A stretch of 64,000 nucleotides of DNA from Tubulanus polymorphus (lineage: Eukaryota; Animalia; Nemertea). The notes under the pieces were generated by a model. The model was not told the DNA's origin. It ran no database searches and worked only from the letters and a program-made list of their open reading frames with translations. The stretch's first letter is position 1. Every line of letters begins with the position of its first letter. The stretch is taken from contig NC_134035.1 in NCBI RefSeq assembly GCF_964204645.1, positions 11,254,451 to 11,318,450 of the forward strand, in the 5' to 3' direction. This document shows, piece after piece, positions 33,590 through 49,744 of this stretch. The translations under genes and the position numbers were made by a program.

Positions 33590-36500
33590 CCAGGTCTCAC
33601 CAATCCAATAGGCCTATATATGCATAAGTGGCATGTCTAAAGTTCTTCTGTAGCTTCTTCCCATTTATCGCAACGAAGCAACCAACCTCGAACTATCTGA
33701 TTGCAAAAAACCTCCAGCCTTTTGTTCTTCACAATTTTTTGCCCGTTAATCAGAATTCTGACGAATTGATTTGACAAACCGGTGTCGCGCGCACGAGCGG
33801 GAAAGGTGCAAAACAGAGACCAGACAACAAAAAGTTTTCGTGTCCCGGGAGACTGAGTCAGGGGTAGGTGAAACGTAAAGTTCGCTGGTAGCCGACGGGT
33901 GTAAACACAGTCAATAATCTCATCATCTCAGTATCGATTGTCTATTGTCTTTAGAGTGTTTCCATTTATGACAATCTGCTGTTATCATCGGCTCCAATTT
34001 CAGCGCGACGAATATTTTTACCTGAAAATATATCGCGTGCTATCGACCATCTATCCGCTAGAGAGGAGTGTACGTCATGTCTGCAGCTTGAAGCAGTAAC
34101 TTGATAGGTGAACATGGAAAAGTTTCATCGCCTGCAGTGATATGTTCAGAGAGGCATTTCACAGGGATGCATACTGCACCCCTTTTTTGTGACAAGTTCA
34201 CCACCCAGTCAGATATCTTCTTGTGAAAATGATAAAAGGCACCCATTTAAGTTTCAGTTGCGCAGCATAGGTTTAGATTTCAGACAGGTCTAAATCCATC
34301 TTGATTCTAGCCGGTCAAATGTCTATTTCAACTTGACTTGAGAGCATATCAGGTGGCCTAGCTCAGTAATTTTTGTTGGTACATACCTCATAAAAGTCTT
34401 ATTAGGACCAGAAAGGACTGGCAGCTGACCTTAACCATTGATTTTTAATCCATTTTAAACTGTATTAACTTGATACCAGTCTTACAACTTACTATCCCTG
34501 TTGGGCCCTAACGACTTTGCAATTCAGTTATATACCAGCTTCAACATTAATCAGAGGGTTAAATCCAAATGTAGGTTTAATTTTTCTTGAAAACCTCTTC
34601 TTCGTACTAAAAACTTGATCTCAATACTGACACATGCGCTGCCAGTATATTAACAGAATTTTACTTGCGAAAACATCAGTCACAGTGATGCTCGTAAATA
34701 GTTGAGACTATTTTCCAGTCTTGAATATCAATGAGCGAAACCCCGCAACAAAATAAATCTAAACAACTCTTCCTTCTCAACTATCTTCATTTATTCATCT
34801 TCTTCATTCTATTTGAAAAATCTTTCAAACTCCAAAGAAAAAAACAATAGCAGTTGTTTAGATTGATATTGTCGGTTTCCTCTCAATCGCCAGTGCTGCC
34901 TTTTTCTAAGCCACGGTTCTCATTTTCTACTAAAAACTATCTCTAACACAATGTTATTGAAATAATTATATCCGCGATATGAAAGGAAACCAGAGACTTA
35001 AACTGAAAAAACTACAAAGGCTAATTCGATTTCAGCCAATTACGGCTGGAGACGCGCTCTCATATCCTTTACCGCCGATAAATGACGATCAAAGCAAATT
35101 TCCTACCAAAAAGTCTTCGACGACGTACCTCGCCATAATCACCCGGTTTTTGTCTCTATTCTCGTCCCTGTTTTATCTGCGTGGATGAGATGAAAGCGGT
35201 CCCTGGGAACGAGCGAACTGATCATTCTTTCCGAGAATCACGGATGAGATAATGCGTCCCCCTCAGTCGATAAATATGAACCGCGTTCGCGCGCCGAGGA
35301 GCTGCGATGATGGCCGCGCCGACGAAGTCTCCTCCGTAGAGACGGCGTTAACGCGAACGTTAACAGATTACTTATTACGCTAATTATTCCGGGAATTATT
35401 CGGTATTTGTTCGCGGAATAATACGTTGATAACTGCAGTCATTTCGAGCAATACTTATCATAGCTATATAGATATAGAAACATTAAACAGTAGCATCATT
35501 GGCTTCGAATGATAATTCATTTTTGATCTAATAAAGGCATGCCAGGACACGCCTCGCAGAGGAATTCTATGACTGATTGCCGACATTAGGAAAAATGTTG
35601 AATTTGTTATTTCGCTCGAATTCAAGTCGAATGAATAACTGGCATTCATTTTAGATCAGAATAACCACAGTTTCTGGACCCAGTTCAACTATTCCGAGTT
35701 CAGATTAGCTCATTGAAAATGAGACAGAGTTGACTATAACTCACTGAGGAACTGGATCCTGTCCTTTAGGTTGCCCCCGAGTGCAATGTGCAGTAAAACT
35801 GCTTCCAATAACTGCTTAGGGTATACACCTGTTTAGAACCTGTTTAATACAAATCTAAAGGTTAAAAGCAAATTTCATTGATCAGAAATTTCAACCAAAT
35901 TTCAACACGACATTTCGGACTCTCTCTAGAGTCTATCACCAGGTGTATTACTGTATGATCCATCTCCACATCTGAGTGTGGCTATTCTACAACTACTGTA
36001 CTTAAAATAATTTCATCAAATTCCTTCAATCAAATATTTCTCATTCACTATGCAGGCTAACTTCGAACGGTTTTAGAGTTTAGTTGTTTGCGCGGCGTAA
36101 GAAGACAGCGATGATGCCTAGTTCATTCGACTCAACCGTATTACGATGACGAACATATGATACCTGAGACAGCGGGAATAAAAAGATGCGTTCTCATATT
36201 TAAACCAATGACTCACAGAGATTCGCGAACGAGATCGATATCGCATTCTCTTCTCCGTCTTTCGATCGAAATTGAACGTCTGATTGAGGCTTTTAACGCT
36301 TGCTCTCGTCTCGTTCGGCAATCCGAGTCCGGCGAACGAGAAGAACAAGAAGAAATCACGCATGCATCCATTAAAAGATTTCTTTTTGTCGTCGCTCGAG
36401 ATCCGAGATGTGATAATCTGTAATGATTTTCTGCTATATCGATAAAGCATAGAACTACATCGGCGGTGTATGCGTCGACCGCTGGTTTGAATAAATTGTT

Positions 36501-37474
36501 TGACAGGCCGAAATGGATGTCCTGATTAAATAAAAAGACGATGATAAGATACATCAGTATCACGAATTTGATCAGGCATTACAGGACAAATTCAGATACA
36601 AAGAGTTGGACATCGATATCGGTAATCTCAGTATCACTAAGACGGTCTACGCTCAATATGCTTTTATAGACATTTTCACGACTAGGTCCTGTATTATCAT
36701 TCCCCTAAGTCCATATATGGGCAAGAATCTTCAGACAAGCATAAACTATTCAAACAAAAAATTATCAGCCCTGAAATGTAAAGGGACTGATCAACAAATT
36801 TGCTTTAAACTATTTCAGTGTCTAAGGTATTTTTGGTGTCTATGGTGTCTGAGGCAGGTAAACCGTGATTTTACGGTTACAAATTATCTCATTTTCAAAT
36901 CAAATTCACAGAACGAACTGAGTAAGTGCAACCTAGGTTTCTATCAACGATCCATTTAGATAAACCCATCCAGTTTTCTAAGATTCGCCCAATTACCTTG
37001 GGATGTTTATCAGTATCTGGCCATCTGCGACATCTCTGATGTAATTGAGTAAACTGTTTGGTTCAGATTTGAATCTCAAATTGATGTAGTAGATTCAATC
37101 TTCAATCCACCAGTGAATGATCTACGAATCAGATTCTATTTAATCGAGATATCATCGTCACAACTCGACATCATCATGCGCGGCTGCGGTAGCGAGCGCG
37201 AAGGAGACGTCTGGGACCGCCGTTTACCGCGCGAATCACCCGAGCTATTAGACGGCTGTTAACGATGACAGCGCGGGTCGTATCAAGTGAGATCAACGAC
37301 TTTACAACCGGTTAGAAAACATCATAGTACGTTCATCTAGTGGCTGTAAGTGGCACGAAGAATGAAGCCCAGGATTTTTATATCCTTAAATGAACATCTA
37401 CTCGATCAAACAACATAACTTACCCACTAGTTATGTTTCATCTATTAACACTATCTACGGTATTGGAAATCAAG

Positions 37475-37611
37475 GAAAATGGGCAAAACACGAAGTTAAA
37501 TGGGCAAACATGAAAATGGGCAAAACATGAAGTTTAATGGGCAAACATGAAAATGGGCAAAACATGAAGTTTATTGGGCAAAGATGAAAATGGGCAAAAC
37601 ATAAAGTTTTA
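37475..37611. repeat. 37-bp tandem repeat, about 3.7 copies
   Basis: Unit gaaaatgggcaaaacatgaagtttaatgggcaaacat. Confidence 0.92.
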
Positions 37612-40600
37612 TTGCACCACCGTTTCTCTTTGGTTTACTGAAAAAGGAGTGGTATTTAAGAAGGGTGGAAAATGTGCAGACACGAAGTATTTCTTCTCCG
37701 AAATAAGGATAGAAAAAACCAGTAAGGTTGGAGGTCCTAGATGATATGACGATCGGGATAGTGATAGGCTGCATCCGTTCTCGACCTCATAGAGAGTTCA
37801 TATGGGCAATAGAGAGTGAAGTAGGTCTACGCTGCGCGCGCATCAAATTATCAGTTCATTTATTCCCAACACCCTGAAAATTCCATCAGCAACAAACTCG
37901 ACGAAATGAATTACATACGTGTCAATGTTGTAATAGAAGATTGGACGAAATTGCTAACAATTTACAATTATTTGTGACCTTGGAACGATTATTCGACGGT
38001 GTAAACTGTTGGGAGGGCTACGGCCAACATCGAGTACCGTAAGTAATAACATAACAACGTATAGCTATTTGTGTATACCGGCGTATGTGGATGACATCGG
38101 CCATGTTTAAACACGAGAGTTAATGAACAACTTCAGAAGGGACATCTAATTATGAATGAGAGGAGAGTATAATACCAGCGGCCACATCATTAGTTGACCA
38201 TTATATGCGCGAGTAAATAAAGCCAATGACAGGAAAGCAATCAGGAGATTATTAGTGTATACCTTCCTGGCATCGTTCAAAGCTTCCCGATCATCACATC
38301 CCACCCGGTGATGCCTGCTCTATGTAGAAGAGACAACGTAATTCAATCGTCCACAACTGGATTTTTTAGGGCTGTTGCCTGGTTTATCGTAAATCTAGTT
38401 GCTCAGGCATTTCAGCAGTCTTGTGATGAACTAAGTTTTAATCCTTGCAAAAGGTGAACATGAGCAACTCATGTTACGATCTAATCACCTATCGTTCCAT
38501 GCAGTTAACCTAGCCTATCTTACGAGTTTTCTTGGGCCAATCTGTTATTCTAATCACCACAGATGAGCTCAGGTAAATCCAATTTAATGTGGCTTCATTT
38601 AATTGGAACTCAACTGTAATAGTGGGGGGAGAGGTGTATGGACCTATTTCGTAAGAATAAAATCCACCTACATATGACCAGGAGATGATGAAGACTCATA
38701 AAGGCCGTAACTCGACTCGACTCGGTGAACTAAAGAAAAACATTGCAACTGATGTAAACATGTTTTTATGGTGTACAGCACACCACCAGACTCTTGGGAC
38801 TCCATCATTTTCTATTTTAGGACTAAAGCGTCATCGCGTAATCGACTTTTTAGACGAAATATTTCCAGGAAGTCGTTGTTCGTGTCATCATTTGTTTTTC
38901 GTTAGTAGCACCAGCGCAGACGGAGCAAAACACAAAACAATCTACAACAGACGCACCAACAACCATTACACACATTACAAGCAGATCAATCGGCGTTCGC
39001 TGAGTCCCCGTAGAAAATCTATTTTGCCACTGGAGACGCGCTTGAACTACTACACGACGAGTCGATCGAACGTTAGACAAATGCGATTATGCAAACGCCT
39101 GCCAGGCCCGGTGGGAGCGCGTCCTTCACCGTGAAATTGACCGACGATGCCATGCCCTCAAAGCGTGCGTGAACATCCATTCACACGCGTCTTTGATGAA
39201 GCAGAACGGTGTAGGCTTCTGATCAAACATATCTGATCTTCTTACGGCCGCGTTTTTATTGTTAACGCGGTTCATCGGAAGGTTTCGGCAACTTGAACTA
39301 CATCACCCTACGGGTGAACCGTACATCACAGGACATCACGCCCATTGATCCAGCATCTCCCAGGAGCAGCGAAGAAATCAATTTGTGAAAATCCTAAGAA
39401 AGAACCATTATCATAATGCAGTTCAGTCTACACCACTTGAACGGTACTCGAGGATGAACACAGCTCAAATATCGAATACCCTTCGGATATGCGGAAAATC
39501 AAATCTAACCTTCTCACAAATGCTCGTATTGCTTGTAGAGGTAGTAACACTTCAAAATTCCCGACAAGGACCTCCATACTGTGGTACCCCCTTACAATAT
39601 TGGACTGTAGCATAATGCGCTGTACTAAGGAACTCTGGACCTTCCCCTGTCTGCACTTTCTACGCAACCATTTTGTGCCCAAGGTGGAGTTTCCAGAGAT
39701 TGGCAAAGACAGTACTGATATTGCATTTCACTTAGCCTTGGCTCCGTCCAAGAGGCCTCTCTCACTTAGAACTGTCTAGACCGCAAAGTTTATTAAACAG
39801 ACTCCGTGTGCGATAACGCTATTTGTGAGTGGATCATTACTTTATTTATCAGTTTCGCTAATTGAGAATTAGACTAATCGACTTTTATCTTTAACCTCTG
39901 GTCACCGATGACTCGTACCAGTCACAGGACCTCACACGTTCAGCCGGCAGAATCCCTTCGCCACTCTGACAAACATAATCATCGCGGGCTAAACAACTTG
40001 GTGGTTTTTGTGTACATGTAATCATAACGATTGTACAAATCAGCAACAACTCCAGGCTGTACTTCATCTATTACACCTACATGTATTCAGTTGCCGTCAT
40101 CGTCATCATCATCCGAAAGAACTTTAAACTTAGTAACTGAAGAGCAAAGTCAATAGACCCAGGCATCCGTCCTCAGGCATACACATCTTACACAATCTAG
40201 AAACGATGGAATGCCAGTAAATACAGTAAAGACCCACCAGCTGTAGAGAGCAACAATTTTACATATGTGTAAATTAATTCAGAGAATTCATTAAATGTTT
40301 GGTATGTCTGGTGATGATATATTGTCTGTTGGCAATTGCTTCGTCAACAAGTGGTTCTTTTTTCAGTCGATTCTTCACTGATTGTAGCCGCATATTTGCC
40401 ATGTCAGATATAGGAAGCGCGGAGAGGAATGACAGTGTATCGGGTGTATCAGTGTATCGGTATCGCCGCGGAGCAAATATTTATCAAGAACAACGATGAC
40501 TATTGCAAAAATTTTATGAATGACGCTATGCCGGGTACGCGCGCGTGCCTCGACCATGTTTGGGCTTTCTACGGCGTAAACAGAAAGTAAACAGAAAATG

Positions 40601-41438
40601 CCTCTGTTTACTAAATATCTGAATGGAAAAAAAATTGAAGCGCGCAATCATATTTTGAACGGGCACAGTGCTGATATAGATGTACATCAGCACTGCGCAT
40701 TCCTGAGATATGCAAAACGTGGGCCATTGCCCGACCTGAAACATATACCGGTACACTACACATATATATGAACATTTTAAAAAGAGCAACAACACCGAAT
40801 ACGTATTCGAAAAACACTCGTTCGAAGTGAAGTACGCAGCAAAATATTCATCACGTTTCAATTATTAGGCACAAAGATCCTTATGAATAACTAAGTCAAT
40901 ACATGTTCCGATATATGGTAGAAAATACATAATACAATATATATATATATATACATGGCCGGCCTATATATGTATGTGGTATGGTCTTCCGGTGATTAGA
41001 TTCTTTTTTGAAAATAACATCATAGCTCGGAGTAATTGTCAAGAAAAATAACTCTCCAAGATCCGAGGTAAAGGAGAAACCGAGGATAAAAGGCTCTCTG
41101 CTAAAGAAGACAATTTTTTCAACTGATAACGCGAAGGCATTTCTCTCGTCGTCCGCTCAGCAGCGGAGATTGAGCTTTTTTCCGATCGTGTATCTTGCCC
41201 GTCGTCGTGGCAGCCGACGGCTAATTCCCGATCTCGAGTTATATCCGTAAAACAAGTTTACATTGATGAAAAGCTGTTGTTAATGCAATTTCATTTTTCC
41301 AAAACTTCGCCGACAATTAGATTATTGACATCATTTCATTCCCCGAGGGTCGAACCACGAGTAGACAACGCGTTAATCAACGAAGCCACAACCCCCGAAA
41401 TAAATCCAGTTATAAACCAACAACCACTATATATACAT

Positions 41439-41446
<8 letters not shown>

Positions 41447-41491
<45 letters not shown>
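41447..41491. repeat. (AT)n microsatellite
   Basis: Directly visible. Confidence 0.95.
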
Positions 41492-41494
<3 letters not shown>

Positions 41495-44400
41495 GCTAAA
41501 TATACATGTATATAGTTGTTTACTACAATTTTATGGTTATGTAATTAAAAAGATTAACCGAGGGCTAAAGAGAGACATCTGTAAACTGATAGCATTCTTC
41601 AAAGGTAGTAAATACTTAGATCCCCTCCTTGAAATGCTTTAATCGGCCGGACGAACATTTAAAAATTGAAAAAATGAAATGGCACAGGAAGGCAAAAAAC
41701 TGCCATAGTCTAGTATTAGTTTTTTCCAAAATAAATATTCACACTGTACGCAAGAGCTAGAGATAAGTCAACTCTCATAGAAACCTACAGTTTGTTTGGA
41801 TTTGAGATGTAACTGATCTCATATTGATAGCTTAGATAGAGATAAGTAGCTCGTAGCTTGTCTTTATAAAATATATGGCTAAAAATTCTCACCATCTACA
41901 TTTTGATCAAAAAGCTTGCGCTGGGCTTAAAGATGACATTTTCCGGTCGACCTCGACAGGCAAAAAGGTAGAAGTCTCACTTAAAACACCTTTGATGTGA
42001 TACACATTCAGAAGCTCGGTTTTCAGCATGAGCCTCATCACGTCCAAATAAAGGAATCTTTGGGGAAAGATTTCAGAAAAGAGCATTCAGGCCAAAAAAG
42101 TTAGTTATGGGACTGAAATTTCCCGTTTATGTTCATCGATTTAAACGATAAAATTCCGTCAATGCATCCGTCGATCACGCGACTATATCTGTACTTCGAT
42201 TTCCGATTTCAAAATAAAATCCCGTTTCGCTCCCGGCAGGTGCGGTGGGTTTGTAAGAGACACCAAATCATAACAAATCAAACCGAATCTACCGATCAAA
42301 AAAATTACGGGGACAATCCCTATTTCAAGATCAAAAGTGATGTTAAGAAGATTTTTAATTGTGAAACAGTTCCGGATAGAATGCGATTATGAAAGACTTC
42401 TTCGCGATTGTTTACGAACAGTAGTGGAGTGTACCAACGACAGACAGCTTCCGGCGGCACAGATCACCTGACTCATAGTTGAAAAATCACTCAATATCAC
42501 TATAGTAACCATTTGAAATATCTGATTACAGTCGAGTAATTGTCGGCGAAATGATTCCAACGTATATTGTTACAAGAGTCACCTTTATATACTAAACTCT
42601 TCATTCGGATCTTGCGCTTGAAGCAGATTTAACATCTTCAAAAATTTTCAATATCTTCTTCGCTTTATAAAATGCACCTTAACACTCAAACAAGATCTAC
42701 AACTTTTTTCATACAAGGCATAGAATCAACTGTAACTAAGGAACTGCTTAATCAGCGTCGAGTTTCAATTCGGAACTTTCCTTTGATTCTATTGAGGTAC
42801 ACTGTGGCAAGTGAGGATTGTGTGAAGATCCACCAGGTATCCTAGTGGTTATTCGCGCTTCAATTTCTACTACATTTTGAATCAAGTTTGTAAATTTTTC
42901 ACTACAAAAACTTAAAATAACTTGACTTGATTTATCAATTCTCAGTGAAATAAATACTGTACACTGAGCGGGGAAAATCTATTCGACTTGTGAGATAATA
43001 TTCGCATTTGGGAGCCTGAAAATTCAGTTCAAATGTGAACTTGAACTTTTTGAATGAAATAATTTGCAATATGCAAAGAAACTTTGTATAGATGGGTTTC
43101 AGTCTGATGGCTTAAGAGTCAAGGGCACTAACCACTAGTCCATAGCGACGGTCAACTGAGTGTATAGTTGCGCCATCTAGTGTGAGCCGGTGCCTAATTG
43201 CTCAACTCTTTACCATTGACCAGATTTTCATGTCCAGATTTCTTAGAACTCGGAAAGAAATTTGGCGACTTTTTAGTTGAAATAGCCTGTATCTCGTCAG
43301 TATTAATGTATAAATTTCATGTCTAGCGTTACTGTCTGTATATATACGACTACGGAATACGGGAAATAACTGATAGATATGAAATAAGATCGACTCGAAT
43401 CAGTGAATCATTACGCGAGAGAGATTGAAATTTCAGATCACATCAGGGATGTCGTGCCGTCGTTTATAAACCTCGTAGGACGGTACATACACGAGTAAAC
43501 CCGGTCGAAATCATTAGCCCTTAAGGCATGGTCAATAATTTTCTATTACGGAAACCATGCAGCGGCGCAGTATTTTTTTCGAACAGCCCTGCAGATTACA
43601 TTCTTAAGAGTTCTTGCTAGTTATCAATATGTGGCTAAAATAAGCCGTTTCGGGATTTCTGTTTCAGGCTTTGGTAATCCAATCGTCAAGTGCGATATTC
43701 ATTCTTGTTCTTGATTATAATTTGTTGGCATAATTGGCTGAAAGATATTTTTGCCTGTAGCCATTATGTGGTTAGATAGGGTTTTGGTTTCCAGAGGTTT
43801 AGACTCATAATTTGATACATATCCCCTTGGAAATCTAATCTTTTCTAAAAAATTACTAATGCCAAAAGGGAACAGAACTTGCTTTATCCAAGGAATACCA
43901 TTCCGTTTCTTCTAAACCCCCTTTCAATTTTCCTAGATTCGCTCCAGCTTACAAATGCGCATTGAAGATTAAGAGATTCTTGCAAGTCAAAAAGTGCCAC
44001 CAAATGTATCAAAATGCGCATAAACTCGAGTTTAGAGATACTGTTGGTGGTGATTGCGGTAAACAGGCGGACATCTTGATTACTCAAAGCTGACAGGCCC
44101 AACATTAATGCATTTACCGCTATATCAAATGTAGAATCTATAACAAAGAGATAACCTAAATGAATAGTGAGCCTTTTATGAGTGACTATAAAGTTAATCT
44201 CGATCGGATCAAAACGTTCGCTTAACTTCTCGAATCTACAAGTATCAACCGATCCGCCGCCAACGTTCTGCAGCTAAAAGGCCCCATAAGTCTTCTTTAT
44301 GTTGATGGTAGAATCCTTACGCCTTCCGAAACATCAAACGCATCCGTCGCTAGTTTAATGTTTGCTTCGGGAAGCTTATTAGATGGCGTACGGGGATCTG

Positions 44401-46424
44401 CTAGCGTTTCAGGGATTTCAATAGGGTCGTAAGCAATAAATTCGGATTCTCCGTTCGTCGTCGTTCGGCGGCGACATCAAAAACGCCACCGACTTCAAAA
44501 CAACGAAAAAAGTTTCCCCGTTCACTTTCGAACGGACTGAATGAACGTTTTTTATCGGTTCGTTCGTAATTCCGACTAAGCTCGAACGCTATATACGAAA
44601 GCCTGGGAAATCTGGGAAAATGACATTTCATTCGCACTTAAAACTGATTGCGTATATTTACGCATCTCAATAAATCAGATAGAAGCTTCAGCTAGACAAA
44701 TACCTTCGGGTCAAAGCGATTTGGCGATAATTACGGCCGAATAAAATATATACATATTACGCCATTTGAATGACACGACGGGTACCCCGTACATCAGTCA
44801 CTATCGCTCGCATTTATTGTTACGATAAATAGCGTAAATGTAAACTTTTGCGGGATTGTTTTAATTCGGTGGTTCGCCGCGAGCTTGGGAAAATAATTAC
44901 GATCGTCGTAAACCACAACTGAACACACACACACAGAAACACAAACAAAACATGCATTTGTTATAGTTCTGTTTTTTCATAACTCCACGCAGGAAAGATA
45001 GATGTTCTCGATGTTGGACAAAGTTTGAAGTTCGTAGGAAACAATTTGTTGATAACTTTAGAACACTGAGACAATTTTGGTCCGGATCGGGCCCTAGTCA
45101 CATTTGGCCTATGCCTAAACAGAGAGCATGTTCATTTGAAATCACTCAGTAAGTCATTTTAGAACCAGTTTTAGCATTTACACAATAATTCAATCTATGC
45201 TAAGATTTGGGTCAGGCCTAGATGGCACCTGGTCTGGTGATTTTGGTTGAAACATTTGACCCCTGTGAACAGAATCAGAACCATCTAGCATCAGCGTAAC
45301 CAATCGGCCTGGGCCTAGCCAAACATAAATTTGACTTAAGTCAAATTTGCTCGAATGTGATCCGGTTTTAGGACTTATCCAGGGTAACCTTTATCTGGTC
45401 ACTGGAAGTTTGCTGAACTGAAATTCTCATGCATGTTAGAATTTTGAATTGAGATGTAATGCTTTCACTGAAATCATGGAGTAGCATCAAAATAGAATCG
45501 CAAAAGATGGCAATGAATGAGAAACATGAGAGTAAAGTATGATAGCATTCAGTTCTCCGAGACCCTAAACACCTTATCTATCTGAATAAATGAAAAAATC
45601 TAATCGTAGTAAGTTATCCGACATTCATTCATGTTTAGAAGTGAATCCAGCTTTTGAATATCTAATTCCAATTGAGAATTCTCACGAGCGTCGGCGACGA
45701 TGAAATCACATCGCGCCCGTCACAAATCGAATCAAATCCGATCAGAAAAACGAATCAACAAATTGGATAAACACCGAATCTGCACTCGGGGATTCAGTCT
45801 CTGAAGAGACGCCATCGTCGTTGGTATAAGCTGCTTACGATGATGATTAATAGAAAGAATTCAAGGTTCAACAAAAAATTGAATTTGCCAAAAGAAACAG
45901 TGAAAATTCTTTGAAAGGAATTGCGATATACTACAGTTTACGTTCCTCGAATGGTTCTTTGAACATTAAAATAAGTGAAATTTTTTATTGAAAAATCAAA
46001 ATCCGAATCAAGCAAGTTCTACTGTAGTCAAGTGGTCGGAGCTAATAATTGAAGGCACTATAATTCTGGCCATCTTGGAACTAGATTTGTACCATCTACA
46101 ACTATTTTCAGACTACAGTTGCAATTAACTGATACTTGGTTTTGTTTAGTTTGCAAACAGTCGCCTCACTACGGAAAAGAGTTAAACGCAACCGACAATT
46201 GTAGAACTCAGGTCCTAATTTTTATCTAATCTAGACGCTATTCACCGGTCGTCACATACTCAAGTACGATGATTCTTGATTCGGGTTTCTGCGCACTGTA
46301 TAATCCAGATTCCATAGGTTTCGCCATACGTAAGCTAAATCTCATCACGAGAGCGAGGAGGAGGATGTGTGAATGAATAAAAATACAGCAGTGATGAATA
46401 AATAATTACAGCCAGTAGTATGGC

Positions 46425-46491
46425 GCTCTCTCTCCTCTCTCTCTCTCCTCTCAGTCTCTCTCTCTCCTCTCTCCCTCTCTCTCTCTATCTC
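46425..46491. repeat. Imperfect (CT)n microsatellite
   Basis: Directly visible. Confidence 0.9.
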
Positions 46492-47816
46492 CCCGAAACA
46501 ACACTACGTCTTTTTTCTTCATCATTTCATCCCGAGGAAAAATCATCTTTTCCGCCACGCCAATTACCATACGGGCGAAAATAAGACGAGGCCGCGTGCC
46601 ACTTTACCATTAGCGAGATTACAGACCAGTGGTTAATTGGCGCCGCATAACATCTAAAAAAAACCATGTCATCATATCTCGTGGTACGGCGTTGTGATGA
46701 ACTGCAGAATGGGCTTATTACGCGACAACGTCGTGCATCCATCTACTCACGAGCATCAAAGATTGCGCGCATCGAAATCGAGATGTTACGATTCATAAGC
46801 CGCGATTGTATAAACGTTTTGACCAAAATTGACCCAAGCCAGATTGGTCCATGCTAAATGGGTACGACGTGTATGTTTGACATGGGCCAAATTTGCACCA
46901 GGTCCATGACAAAATTTTAGTGTGGGTCAAATCATTCCATGCGGAGCCTAAAACTGGTTCTCGAAGTTACTCACATCATTTACCACAACATTGTTTTAAT
47001 AGTATTTTAAAATCTAGTGTGTTGGTTTCCATAGACATTTTCAAAAAACTGATTTGTTTTTTGAAAATGAGGTTTCCTAAATACATTCCTGAATATATAC
47101 ATTATTCTTAAAATGCTACTGAAACACTTTATTAACCAACCCCTGTGTAGGTTTTAAAAAGTCAATTGATTTTCCTTTCTATTTTGAATCCTCAAGCTCA
47201 TTGACCACTCAGGCAGGCGCAATAAACACTCGATCACATCCTAAGTACGAAGCAGTGATCTTCGAGTGTACTCAGTAGCTGAACCTGCAGCTGCACTCAA
47301 TGACCACCACGACGATCATCAATTCATTCTTGATTCACCGTGGATTACGGATTCATCCAGGAATTCCTCCTCCGCGCACACGGCGCGATAAAACAAACGT
47401 AAAATTGACGACTTAATTTCTGAGAACGCGCGTGACAATGTACGACTGTGGAGACAGCTGAGAGTACGGAGCTGTTCGGGGCAGATGTGACCACGCTGCT
47501 CCGACGCCTGCAGGGAAGGGTGATCCGTACATTATGGTTTAATCATCATACACCGATAGATAATTCAGCTGCGGTTTAAACCTTAAAAGGTATGAATCCA
47601 TCGCGGCATGCAAACATCGTGTCATTATGACCATACAACAGCTTCAACCAATCGGTTTAATACCTTCCTGTGTGAAGATCAAAGCATCCGCATTAGTAGT
47701 TGAATAAAACACTCTGACCGTGTTAACTGTAGATGAATACATAAGTCCCACAATAGAATTTTATGTGATGAAATTTATCAAAATGAAACTAGAACTAGAA
47801 CTCAGCTGTTGACTAA

Positions 47817-48143
47817 AGCCTAGCGCACATCGACAGTGCGATTGGAGACAACTAGTTGCAAGGCAGTTTTCGGCGCATGAGAGGAACTGGCTGGATACGA
47901 TCAGTTGCTTGAACGTGTCGATCTATCTCCAGTTCTAGCCAGTTGCCCATGTTCTACTTTTGAGCAACTGGTTGTACTCAATCGCAGTCATATCCGCTGA
48001 TGTGCGCGCTCTGGATCTTGACGATCGACACGCGCCATGTAGTTGCTGCAACTGACCGGTTGTAACTAGATTTCGATGTGCGCGGGGTAATCGTTCGGTA
48101 GCAACTAGTTGTCTCCAATCGGAGTGTCGATGTGCGCTAGGCT
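47817..48143. mobile_element. Tourist-like MITE with long TIRs and TAA TSD, nested in an older inverted-repeat element (about 47744-48323)
   Basis: agcctagcgcacatcgaca..gattggagacaactagttgc / gcaactagttgtctccaatc..tgtcgatgtgcgctaggct, with TAA on both sides. Outer arms agtcccacaatagaattttatgtgat / atcacataatttctattgtaggact. Confidence 0.85.
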
Positions 48144-49403
48144 TAACAGCTACCATCGGGTGGAATGACCAGAAACAGTAGTATCAAAGCATATAAAGTT
48201 ACAGGACATTAACAGAAGCTATGCGTGTCAGAACTAAAATTTACAGAACTAGCAATAAAAACAAAGTGAAATGTTGTGGTTTCATCTTGATAAATTCTAT
48301 CACATAATTTCTATTGTAGGACTCCTTCATTCCGCATCCACACTTTTGTTGTCTCGAATCCGCTATAACAACTCTGAAGGTTTAGACCAGTGAATGAATG
48401 AAGATGTGTTTCAGTGCATGTCACCCGAGTGATGTAACAAGGTCATCATTGATTGAGGGGCTAGTGACGCACTACTCAGTTTGGAGTACGATACCCCACA
48501 CGAGGAATCTTCAACGAGAATCTTAAAGAAACTGCTAATTATCATAATACTCAATTAATTGGAGATGAATAGTTATAGGTATTCAATCGATAACATCGAT
48601 ACTGAGTTTGATGATTGTCTCGCGCATTCACTTGTGATATATAAGACCCCCTGAGAATGAATAACGTTCATTTACTCTCGTTTTGTGAAACTGTGAGGGA
48701 TTGAGTTGAATGAAGAATTGACGGTCACTGCAACCAGCAGACAATACAGTTTACACCAATCAAGGTTGGGGTGACCAACAGCCCAAGGACAGATTCCAAT
48801 GCAGCTTTCACACAGGATTTGAGGAGGATATATGGGTGTCTTCGAAGCCAGTTCAAAGAATGTGCATTTTTATAATAAACCAGGGGACTTTGCCCCAGAG
48901 CCCTACAAAACTCTGAGCTTAAGGTCTTTGCCCCAAGTGCCCCAGAAGACTAGTCCGTGCCAAATTTTGCCTGGAACAACTGTTCACACAGGTGCCAAGC
49001 CCATGCTGACCAAAAACGTCGGACCAAGCCCATCGTTTAGTATTGGGTGGTTTACACGTGAACGCGCTCTCTAAATAGGCACGGGCCAAATTTGACTCAG
49101 GGCCTGATCCGTGCCAATTTAGTCATTTCCGAAATCGTGTGATCGCGCCATTAGATTAGTTGTACTAGTAAATTCAGAAGGCTTCCTGAGCTTTGCCAAG
49201 AAAAACCGAATTATGTTCTTCAGTATGATAGACGTACAGAGCACCCTTCGCGACAACTGCACCTTTCTGATTATAAATATGCATGATTCGAGATTACGAA
49301 CGACAAAGACTTCGCTTCTCGAAGTCACGTGTGGTGAAGTACGGGGGACACCAACGGGGATTCAATGTACAACGCTTTTCTATGAAATTAAACTAATCCC
49401 TTA

Positions 49404-49744
<341 letters not shown>
